Assembly (NCBI RefSeq): GCF_036321535.1
Contig: NC_087437.1
Location: forward strand, 43,030,001-43,094,000
Source: Camelus dromedarius
Lineage: Eukaryota
Length of the DNA stretch: 64,000 nucleotides
Direction of reading: 5' to 3'
Translations under genes and position numbers: made by a program
Shown: positions 27,160-38,130 of the stretch, piece by piece
How positions within the stretch are numbered: the first letter of the stretch is position 1
Layout of the letters: each line of letters opens with the position of its first letter
The notes under the pieces: generated by a model
Databases searched by the model: none
Told to the model about the DNA's origin: nothing
What the model saw: only the letters and a program-made list of their open reading frames with translations

Positions 27160-28764
27160 TTGTTATATTGCTTCCTGGTCTACTTCCTGATGTATTTGGG
27201 GAAAGAGAGGATAGAGAAAGCTTTTTAAAAAAATTTGTCAATATTAGGAGTCAAAAAAGAGGAAAAGAATATTGGCATTATATCATAAAATTTCATTTGA
27301 AATGTATGCAGCCAAAAGGAAGATTGATGTTTAGTTGTATTTTGATGGATTTGTTTCAGATTTAGATTAATTTTGAAGCTTTTTTAAAAAGTACTCTATT
27401 ACCCAAAATTCTTTGTAATTGACTTTTGTCGATAAGAAATACTTTTTGATAAATATTAATTAAATAGTGCTCATATTGGTGAGTAAATCAAAAACAAAGG
27501 GGCCTTGATTTCCAAACTGCACTAGAAGATAGAGCAACATACTAGATGTCAAAATCTGATTAAATACGATTAAAACTCAATTTGAAATTTAATATTTAAA
27601 TAATTTATGTCAAACTCCCTATTAATAAATAGTTTGTATTATTGGAAAGCAAATTGTTTTAGACATTCTGTCCATTTAAAGTCTATGACCTAAGGCAGGC
27701 TTCTACCAAAGCTTCTCATTCATACCCATCATTAGACTAATTTGCTTAAGGGACAGTCCTGGTTACCAAACAAATTCCTTTAGAAATTTTAATCCACAAA
27801 AGAATGGAAGAGGGAAGAGGACATTAAAGAACATTCATTGGATAATACAGAAGAATGATTGTTCATCTTTCAAAGGATCAACTCAACTGCTCCATCATTC
27901 AGCCCGTAATTCACAATTTCGTGCAGAGGAAAATTATGAGTGGTTTTCATAAAAGGCCTCAAATGCACTCAAGATAAACAATTCAAACCACATTTTTTTT
28001 TCTGCCACCCCAGTTACTCTAATAAAAAGATTTTATTCTGATTTGACATTCACTTAGTGAACACATTTGGTTGTGGGTTCTGTTTGGTTAATGTCAAGAG
28101 TCGTAAACTTCAGTTTCTGGAATTCTGTTTGAAAAGCAGGCCAGTTAACAGTTTTCATGGTGTTTTTTTCATGGTGACTCAAAGATAATCGATATTAGTT
28201 CCAAGAACACATTTTCAAATATTTTGTTTCCTATTAGGTATCTGATTTAGACCTGGAATCCTAAAGCTAATTTAAATCACCTTTAAGCTTTCTTATCATT
28301 TCCTCACCGCCATATTCTTTTCTAGTTTGAATATCATTCTTCTCTGTGGAGAAATCAGGACCTCAGGTTTAATGGTTTGCTCTTCTCTTGGTCATTTGTT
28401 CATATTTCCTACTTGACCCCAAGCAATGTCATTCTTATCCCGTCCTTGGTTATCTTCTTGCTCTGAAAATATCAGAGACATTTCTTTTCTGTTATGCTTA
28501 GCAATTTTCACAAACATCAGACAGCTCAGTGTCATTAGGTAATCATAGTCTCCTCTCACGTTATTTTGTTGTTCTTCCTTTCCCAGTCTTTCTTTTTAAA
28601 TACACTTCTCAAGCACAAAGTTATCAGAAAATTGGCTATACAATCATCCTGATTTCTTTAGATTCTTTTATGATTCTTAATCTGGACTGTTATAGATACA
28701 AGAATATTAGAGTCATCTATAGAATAATATATGATTTTTTTAAAATTTGTTTCTTATGGTCTGA

Positions 28765-29070
28765 AGCTGCACTATTCAATATGGTAGTCATTTATATGTG
28801 TCTATGGAGCCCTTGAAATGAAATTGGACACCTAGATATCTATTAGAAATATTAGATTTTGAATACTGTAGGTGAAAAAAATTATAAAATATTTCAACAA
28901 TTTTTGGTAGTGGTTGCAGGTTGAAATACTTTTTTAATAAGCTGAGCTAAGTAAAATAAATGATTGAATTTAATTTCACCTGATTCTACTTCTTTGTAAA
29001 AAAAAAAAGTATGTTAGAAAATGTAAAATTCCATATGTAGCACACAGTATGTTTCTATTGGGTAGCATTG
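28765..29070. mobile_element. MER3/MER33-type hAT-Charlie MITE
   Basis: Inverted ends gcactattcaatatggtag ... tttctattgggtagcattg; internal gagcccttgaaatg and ttaatttcacctg. Confidence 0.7.
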
Positions 29071-29110
29071 ATTATTCTCAGAGTATTTTTAAAAAATATT
29101 TTTAATTAAG

Positions 29111-29588
29111 TGTGTTATTTTCCTATTGCTGGTATAACAAATTACCACATATCTGATGACTTAAAACAACACCAATCTATTCACTTGCAGCTCAGGAAGT
29201 TAGAAGTCTAAAATGGGTTGGCAAGGGCTGTGTTCTTCTGGAGGCTCTAGGGAGGAATCCACTTCTTTGCCTTTTCTAACTTCCAGAGGCCACCTTCATT
29301 CCTTAGCTTATGGCTCTTTCCTCCATTTTCTAAGCCAGCAGTGTAGCATCTTCAAATTTCTCCCTTAGTTTACCTCCCGATGATCTCTGCCTCTATTATC
29401 ACATCTGTTACTCTGACTCTGACTCTTTGCCTTCTTCCAATAAGGACCGTTGTGATTACATCAGGCCCATCCCAAGATCCTCAACTGAATCACACCTGCC
29501 AAGTCCCTGTGTGATGTAAGCTAATGTGCTCACAGATTCCAGAGCATAGAATGTGGACATCTTTGGAGGGCCATTGTTCTGCTTACAG
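29111..29588 (-). mobile_element. ERVL-MaLR solo LTR (MLT1C/D-like)
   Basis: tgtgttattttcctattgctggtataacaaattaccac...ttctggaggctctagggaggaatcc...gtggacatctttggagggccattgttctgcttaca. Confidence 0.85.
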
Positions 29589-31445
29589 TATTAAGTACAC
29601 CTGATGTTATGTTTTCTTGGCTTGTTTGTTAATTACAGTTTTTAAAATTTGGTTTAAGAACAATGACACTTTAATACCAACAACCAAACATAAGTGGCAA
29701 CAAGTCCAAAGTGGCATGGTACAATGGCTTCTCATCTGTCAATGCCATCGATCAAGGACTTCAGTGTGACCTTAGTTACATCAGTCATTTGCCTTCTTGG
29801 GTTTTTCCTATTTAGCAAGAGGAGATCTTTGGAGTCTATACAAGGACTATAAAACTGTAGTTCTTTGGGTCATAGTCCAAATGTACTCTGCTTGTTTTAT
29901 TGATTTGTTTGAATCCTGGTAAAACTAATTTCAGCTATGAGATGTTTCCTATATCTTTGATCAGACGTGTGAATGATAAGGATGTGAATTAAGAATTGGT
30001 TTAATGTATTACAGATAGCCAAAATTTATACATTTCATCATATAATAGGTAAACTTTGTTATGTAAACTGCCTCCCTAATCTATCAACTTTGTGACTTAA
30101 AACAAATCTTGCTTTGAACTTTTTTGACATTATCTTCTCTACGTAATCTACTTAAGCAACTACTTTTTAAAAATTATTGTTTTCTCTCTTATCTTCTCTT
30201 CCTCCCTTCTAGTACATCTTAGAAATAAAGGGTCAGGATTTCATTTTTTTTAAATAACAAAACATCATTTATTAACTTGCTTATCTCCAGGAGGTCTGGG
30301 TAATTTTTAGAGAAAAAGCCAAAATGCTTAAGCTGAAGGTCATGAGTTTTAGAATAGATGGTTGGGAGGTTGAACAACTTCGTATACATTAAGTATGATA
30401 TGGTTTTATTGTTCTATTTAATTGCGTCATTTTATTGTTTGTTTACAGGTCTCAGAAATAAATTTTATTCACATACAATCAAAAAGTAAGCTCAAAATTT
30501 AAATACATGTGTGATTTTAGAAAAATTCATCACTTTGAAACATTTGTGGCATAATTCCCAGTTTGATGTAAATACTCAAAAATTAACTAAAGAGGCAGCT
30601 TAACCTGTTCAGAGATCCTGAGAGGGAAAGACAGACAGACAGAGACAGAGGGAGAGAGGGAGTGAAAGAAAGGGAAAGAAATGGAGATATACACAGAAAC
30701 ACACAGTCATGCGTGTGTGCGCACACACACACGCCCAGAGAGAGAAAGATTCATTCCCTTTTAAGATGTCATTTAAAGGTCTCCTTTATTTAATGTTTTA
30801 GGGAATTATGGTCCTAAATATTTTGGGATAGGTAGATGATGCTCATTAAATCACTAACTGAACAATGATGAAAATCCAGGCTAGTGTTTACTTTTAATTC
30901 TGCAATTAGCATAAAATCCTATTCAGAGAAAAAAGAGTAGCCAACCCGTGTCTGTGAAGTCAATGAGATGGCAGTACCACTGGGATATAACTAAAAATTT
31001 TCTTTTCCAGCTTGAACTACAGAACATTAATTTTCATGTGGCTTTTCCGTTAATTAGGTCAAGTTTTCTGTAAGTTTTGCTAATACTGGAAATATAGATT
31101 CAAATAAGCTAATATTATACAATAAACTTTAATGGATGCTGTGCAATAGGATGGTTTCCTGGTTATATTTATTCAGTAGTAAAGGAATACTTAAGGTCAT
31201 TTTATATAATTTAACTCATTCTAGAGTACACTGCAATGGATTAGAATCAATCATGGTATGATAGAGTCAAAAGCAGCTAATATATCAAGAAAACCTGCTA
31301 CGAGGTTATGAGAGGGTCAGTATAATTATTATTCAATCTTAAAAATATATACAAATCTACATTTTAAGATAAGTCAAATATTCCATGGAATAATACTGTA
31401 TTAAGCTATTAACAGCCAAGATCTTTAAAGTTGAAAATTTATGTA

Positions 31446-31588
31446 TTTTTTATTTAGTTTTTTTTTGGGGGGGGAGCATAATTAGATTTATTTATTTGTT
31501 TATTTTTAGAGGGAGTACTGGGGATTGAACCCAGGACCTCATGCATGCTAAGCATGTGCTCTACCACTTGAGTTATACCCTCCCCCCC
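31446..31588 (-). mobile_element. tRNA-derived SINE of camelid type with 13-bp target-site duplication
   Basis: Minus strand reads GGGGGGGAGGGTATAACTCAAGTGGTAGAG (A-box-like) ... GGGTTCAATCCCC (B box) ... A-rich tail. Flanked by GAAAATTTATGTA (31433-31445) and GAAAATGTATGTA (31589-31601). Confidence 0.9.
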
Positions 31589-34149
31589 GAAAATGTATGT
31601 AAAGAATAATTGTACCAATAAAATATAATATAAATTATAGATGTTATAAAGAAGAGCTCCTTCAAAAAGAAACAGAACCAATTATTCTTAATTATTAGTA
31701 TAGTGGCACAAATATTTGGGAGTTTTTAACAATTCAAACCAATTTAAGTTTGTTTTGAAAATCTGGTTTTATTTGTGACTTAAGCATCTGAGCTTTAAAA
31801 ATATTTCATTATCTCAAACCAGCCTTAATGAAGAAGCCCTACTTCTCTATGTAACAATCTCATCCTAAAATATCTAGTCTTGATCATTCCTTCCTTGGTT
31901 CCCGTTACAGGTCTTCAAACCATGAAATATAAAGATGCATCTGGGAAATTTAGCATTCAAGCAGGTGTGTGCTCCCAATACATACCTGCAATATTCAGTA
32001 TCAGTCAAGTGTTTTAAGTAGTCTCTTCTAATTAAGCAGAATTGTGTGAGCAGACTCTTCCCTGAAGAAAGAACCTCTTTGTAAATAGCCACCTCTGCAG
32101 TAGTTAGGCCTTGTAATGTTGCAACACTTTTTATTTTTATGCCTTTCATAATTCCCTGTTGCCATTCATTGAGATTCAAGTCTTGAGCACTTAAAATGAG
32201 GTTACATCAGGGGAGTTCTGAAGATGGTTGAGGGATATTTTTTCCCCAAGACTTGCTTTTGAAATCAGCTTTACAATATTTTATGTTATTTATTTATCTT
32301 TTCAGACATAGACCAATCTTTCATAACATCCTAAAATGTTTACTACTAGACAGAACTTACTTGATTTGACCTGGTTGTAAAAGTGTGCTTTTGTATCAAT
32401 TATCAAAAAAAAAAAAAAAAATCACAACCCTCTTTTTATAATATTCTTCTTGTATTAAAAGCAACAATTAAATATTTCTCATCTATTTGTAAAAGAATGA
32501 TGCCATTTCTTTACATGTTCCATTTTTTATTAATCATTTTTTATTTATTTACAGTACAGAAATCAAAGTAAGATGTATAATCGTACCTACCAGGGGTTTT
32601 AGCACAGCTGAAATATCAGTGACGTAGTCAAACTGGAATCCTATATTCCAATTAGTTCTCAAGTTTGCCATCAATGGCCTTTTATTTCCCATTATTGTTA
32701 GTCATAATGATTTTATACTTCCTTCCTCTATTAATTTCATTCTCTGAAGAGAGATTAAAGTCCATCCAATGCAGAGAATAAATTTGTTTTCTTCAGGTGC
32801 CAACTGATTTCACTCTTTGATCTATTAAGTCATTCATTCACTAATCATTTGTACTGTGATGGCCACAGCGATTAAGTAACTTTCTACCATCTTTGTAAAG
32901 TAAATCACCAGGGAAAGAAGTGAGTTTTATTCATACTCTCATCCTCCTACTTCTCTTTCTTTCACTCTTTCACTTTCATTGACTCTTTTGACCTGTCAAA
33001 CCAAGTTGTACTTAAACACACTGAAAATGAACCATTTTATATTAATATCTATGTCTCTTCAATATGCATGGTGAAGTATTAATTCAGAATAATTACTAAC
33101 CATTTACAATCAACAAGTCAATCATCAATAGCAAACTCACGGTCGTGGTGGTGGTTGATCTCAAAGTTAACTCTTCTGTGATATGCTTTGTACTGTGCCC
33201 AGTGTGCAAGAGGTAGGTATTCAGTAAGTGGTTGCAGAAAGAATGTGTCAACCTCTCCAAATTTCAGAAATGTTCTATCTACTTCTGCTCCCTTGTCTGT
33301 TCTATCATCAAAGGAAATTAAATTATCTCTCACTCTTTTTTTTATAACAAAGCTGCTTTGCTTATTGCCCAGGAACTGTTCTAAATGGTTGACAATCTAT
33401 TGTTTAAAGATTTGTCCATCTTCCCTGAGTTCAGTGAGAGTTGAGAGTATTAACTGGTAAAATACTCATTTTACTTCTAACTTTGGGCTCTAAAAAATTC
33501 TTGCCTGATATTTGGTATCCCCTCCTATTTTGCATGAATTATGAAAAATACTGCCTAATGACTTTGGAATGAGATTTCCAATTCTCGTATTTCACATCAA
33601 CAAAGCCTCCTTATTTGAATTTACATATATATTTTAAATATTCTGCAAGAATTTTCTTTTGTGTTGTAGTTTGGCTTAGGGTTACTCTGGATTTAAGGTT
33701 TCCAGTTAACTGGTCATACCTAAATATGATTGATTGATTGCTTATATCGGAACTTTAGAGTCCCTGTTGCTGTATGTGAAATCAAAGGAAAATACAAAAA
33801 AGAAAAAAGAAAAAAGTGCCAGTTGAGGCTTAGTTTTTTTTTTCCCTATTTCAACCACATTTTTCTCATATAGGTGGTGGTTTTTGCTTGCTAGCTGGAA
33901 ATTTTTATACCCATTATAGAAGTAAATAAACATCTATTTATTTCCAGTTCTTAGAAATATAAGGTACTACAGAATTTAAGGGAAAAAGACTCTATAGATA
34001 TCTATACAGAGAACACATTATGAAATTCTGAGCTCTCATACATTTTTTCACTTCTATATATACTTACTCTAATTAGAAGTTTTTTTCTAAAACTGTAAGA
34101 GTTCATAGAAATCATCTAGTTTAAATATATCATTTTAAGGAAATGGTTC

Positions 34150-35490
34150 AGACATACAATTTGTATGTAATATTACAAACACCTGTGTAGTCAAGATTCA
34201 GCTTGAAATAAAGCACAGAACATTTGATTGAAATTCCCCATGATGTCTTTCTAATTTCATTAACTGCAATTCATCCCAGATGACCTATACCCTGAGCTTC
34301 ATGTTTATCATGATCATGTATGCTTATATACTTTTGCTACATTGCATAAGCTCAAAAATAATGGATAAAATTATAATTACATATATTAATATGGTAATGT
34401 TTTAAAACTTGATATATATATATATATGTATGATCCCACAAGGATCTTTCTGCAAACTGCTTTTGTTGTTGCTGCTCCACATTGCATTTTTGAGGTACTT
34501 TCATGCTAATTCAAGTAGTTATAGTGCATTCATTTTTCTTCTTACTGCATCTAATATTGCAGTATATGAATGTTCTATAAATTTCTTGTTCACTTGTGTA
34601 TCCAAAGATGTTTTTCTTTTTTCTCTTTCAAGTAATTCTGCAGTGAATATTTTCTGTACATGCCATAGAGATGTAGAATATAGGAGTCGAGAGGTTGGAT
34701 TCTGGGACAGGAGAATCTTTATCACTAAACTGCTCTCTGAAATTGCACTATTACATGTTCCTCATGGTTTCTCCGCACCCAATCAATATTTCATATTGCT
34801 GGACCTATAAAATTTTGCCAATTTCTTAGTTGTGAAGTGATATTTCATCATTTTAACTTGCATTTCTCTAATAACTAGGGAAATTGAGTATCTTTTTCAG
34901 ATGTTTATTGGACATTGAGAATCCTCTTCTATCTTTGACTGTTCATCTTGTTGGCTTATTTTTTTCTATAATTTTTTGTCTTTATAAATTTATAAGAAAT
35001 CTTTATGCACTTGGATACTAATCCTTCTTTGGTTATACAACCAAAGATATTCCACGGCAAATATCTTTTCTCAGTCTATGCTTTGACTTTTTTGATGTAT
35101 GTACATTTTTTCATATGCTTAATTTAATGTCTGAATAATTTATCTTTCCTTACTGCCTTCTAAATGCCACCCGGTATTTATCAAATTTCCGTAAGTGTGA
35201 GGCTGTATCTCTCAGCCATCTGTTCTTCTCCCCTGGACTAACTTCTATCCCTGAATCAAAGCTACAATTACTCAATTACCGTCATTGAGTATTAAGCCCT
35301 AATAGTCAATGTGGAAATTCCTCACACCTTGTTCTTCAAAATTGTATTGACAAGTTTTGACTGTTTCTTCTTGCAGACATTTTAGAATTAATTTTTCAAG
35401 TTCTATGAAAGACTACAGTGGGCTTTTAATAATTAATTTTATAGGTTAATTTACAATATTGAGTCTTCCATCCAGGAATAAGTATATCTG
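34150..35490 (-). mobile_element. Ancient L1 (L1ME/MC-like) 3' remnant
   Basis: aattttgccaatttcttagttgtgaagtgatatttcatcattttaacttgcatttctctaataact...tgtttattggacattg and ttttagaattaatttttcaagttctatgaaa. Confidence 0.75.
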
Positions 35491-35669
35491 TTAATTTGTT
35501 TGAGTTTATTCTCTAATTTTAATGGATAAATTAACCCTGGATCAAAAGTGACTGCTCAAAGTCACATAGCCAATTAATAGCAAAACCAGTGGTAGAATGA
35601 AGATCTCTTGTCTCCTTAATAGCTTGTAAACTAAAAAGGTTTAATTATTTAGTCAGTTAAGAAAGAAGA

Positions 35670-35856
35670 TCTTGGAGTCCTTGTAGCTACTGCACCCACC
35701 AGCAGGAACTTGGCCCATGATAATCAAAGTGTGGTCAGAGGTCTTGGTAGAAATGCAGAATTTCATCCCTTCCTTGGCCACCCTGAATCAGAATCCTCAT
35801 TTTTAAAAGATTCCTGGGTTATTGGTAGGCACCAGAAAGTTTATGAAATATTGCTT
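35670..35856. mobile_element. MER5-type hAT-Charlie MITE
   Basis: cttggtagaaatgcagaatttc...ctgaatcagaatcctcatttttaaaagattcctggg...aaagtttatgaaatattgct. Confidence 0.65.
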
Positions 35857-36399
35857 ACCAAACGGAAGCCTGAAATTCATTGCATTGATTCTTTTTCTCT
35901 GAAACCTGCCAAAAATGCTGGTAGTAGTCCTGAGGTCATTGAATTGCGAAGGATTCAGGTGAGCAACATTGAGGCCTGTGTAATGATCCTTGGGTCTTGC
36001 TCTTCAATCACTGGCTCACAGCAGCCATCATCTGCTCTGCTGACTGAACATCAAAAATACAAAACGAGAATAGATGTTTAAATAAACAAAGAAAGAAAGA
36101 AAGAAAGAAAATTCCTTTAAAGGGAAGGACATGTTAAGCTTTTTTCTAAAAACAGTAGAACTCAGGAATACTGAGGCTTCTTTTGATATCTGTAGTTATT
36201 TAGGAAACAGATACATTTGCTTTGAAATTACTAGCTGCCCCAAATTGACATTTAAGCTACTCAATGCCATTGGGGAAAATTCTGCAGGAAAAAAAGCTGA
36301 AATACTGAGGAGACAGAAGCACTGAAGATTCAGTCTTTAAAGTAAAACAAAGAAGAAAGATCAGACAACTTTTTGAAATAGTCATATAATATTCATCTT

Positions 36400-38130
36400 A
36401 ATCTCTATTCAGCCCTCCTCTTGTTTAACTACGTTAGCAGCCAGTTATCTAAAGGAGAGGGGGGAGGGAAAAAAAAAAAAAGAAGGAAAAAGGTGAGGAG
36501 AGGGGATTTAAAAAAATAAAAATAAAAAGTGAGATCCCTGTAATATCACCTCGAGCCACTAGGGGTATCTTTGTACCATTTTTCATCCTGCACCGATTTG
36601 GAGTAGAAACCTATATTAGGGGAAAACCAGGGTCCTCGGCATTTTTTTGCGAGCAGTGCACCCAGAATCCAAAAAGATTTTTTTTTTTTAAAGAAGAAAG
36701 AAAAAGAAAGAATCCACAGTTCTTTTGGTCACCCGAACAGGGCTACGAAATCGCTCTACTGGACATCAGCACCAGGGATTCATTTTTGAGGTCAATTTCC
36801 AATCGAGATAAATCTATTGGATTAGTAGGATTATCTGATTGCAGCTGAAAGAAGTAACGTTGTTTGATCATTTGTATTTCTTGCCTGATGGTCGGATTTA
36901 CATGGAGGTGGCTTTGGGTCCCAAAGATTCCGGATCGTGTTTGCATCTGGAGAGAAAAAAGGATCAATCGATACGTTTTGGAAGTGTCCGTGGGTGAATA
37001 AAAAAAAAAAAAAAGGAAAGAAAGAAAGGGGGGAGCACAAAACTGGGGTTGCGGCTGCTTAAAGAAGAAAAAAAAAATAAAGGAGGCATCTTCGAATCTG
37101 AAGCAAGAATTGCTGGGTGCTCGAGATTCCGAAAAAAAAAAAGCGTCTAGGAACTGGTAAATACTTTGAGCAATTCAGCTTGCATTTACGGCGAAGTGCT
37201 GTAGAAACTGTCTCCTTCAATTATTGGAAGGGGACCTGGGGAAGATGAGGGGCTCCCTCTGTGGATTTATCTTACTGAGGGTAAGTTTGGGGGTCTTTTA
37301 TTGGGAAGGGGCTGCCTGGGTCTGTGTGCCGCTGCGCGGAAGGTGCTGCGGCCGCGGTGCCTGTGAAATGGGAAGAGAAGGGGGGATGTAAACCACCTCG
37401 CGCATCTCTGGTGGATCGCTAGGGAGCTACCTAGATCGAGCTTAAAAACCTTCTTTTGTGGCGTCGGTGGGGAAGCCAAGCAACCCTCTAAGCTCTCAAC
37501 TTTGCATTGAAAATCTCTCAGCTGGGAGATTCCTCTTGGATCCAGTGCTTTCTCCTGGTGCTACTTTGAGAGGAGGCAGCGATGCCTTGGGAAACCTGCA
37601 TGTGGAGGGGGACAGCCCAAGCAGAAACCGCTGCCGCCTCGGCGGCGGGTTTTGCTGGCTGTGTTGGCTTCTAGGGGAATTTTGCAGGGGAAATTGGCCG
37701 TTTTCGTATTGTCTCCTTCTCCCTCCCTCCTTCTTCCTTCCCCTTCACGCCTCCCCCTTCTCTCGGCCGAACACTAAAGGGTTACAGGGTCACTGCATCG
37801 GATAGAGACAGTAGAAGTGGGTGACCGGCCACACATGTTGTCTTGTAATTCGCTTGCACGACTTTGCATAATACAGTCCGAGGTAACTTTTTTCGAGTTG
37901 GACGAGTCCAGGAAGGCATTGCAGCCTTTCTGCCGAGGGCCCAGGCTGGCAAGTGCGCCAGGCAGCTGGCTGCATTTCGGATGCATCCCTACCCTAGCTG
38001 CTTCCCCACTTACTGGCTTTTCTTTCCAACTGAGCGGTGCGCGCGTTCCCAGACATTTTCTTGCGGCTGAATTCAGGGGTTTTTGTTTGTTTGTTTGTGT
38101 TTGTTTTTGTTTTGTTTTGTTTTTTTAATG
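36400..38130 (+). promoter_or_regulatory. NLGN1: CpG-enriched region, likely internal alternative promoter of NLGN1
   Basis: Marked rise in CpG and GC (e.g. gccgctgcgcgg...gcggccgcgg near 37330-37358, ccgctgccgcctcggcggcggg near 37628-37649) against a CpG-depleted background. No recognisable interspersed repeats, many A-tracts, and strong donors on +. Confidence 0.8.
36640..37280 (+). other. NLGN1: Candidate non-coding alternative first exon of NLGN1 (5' end uncertain)
   Basis: Consensus donor TGAGG|GTAAGT at 37280/37281 within the CpG-rich region, about 16.7 kb upstream of the 53991 acceptor. Start position is a guess from TATATTA near 36612. Confidence 0.65.

Noticed and set aside
27054..27365. 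103-aa ORF with poly-Cys/poly-Tyr
   Set aside because: Artefact of translating the (GTT)n(ATT)n microsatellite.
31505..31585. tRNA gene
   Set aside because: A/B boxes are present, but it has an A-rich tail and TSD and no clear acceptor stem, so it is a SINE.
36556..36568. CTCF site CCACTAGGGGTAT
   Set aside because: Matches only the first part of the core and lacks the GGC end; cannot be supported without a PWM scan or ChIP.
36610..36620. CArG (SRF) or MEF2 site at CCTATATTAGG
   Set aside because: Spacing is wrong for both: 7 rather than 6 A/T for CArG, 3 rather than 4 for MEF2.
37267..38128. Cluster of overlapping 60-115 aa ORFs
   Set aside because: Expected in GC-rich promoter DNA with fewer stop codons; no recognisable domains or splice structure.
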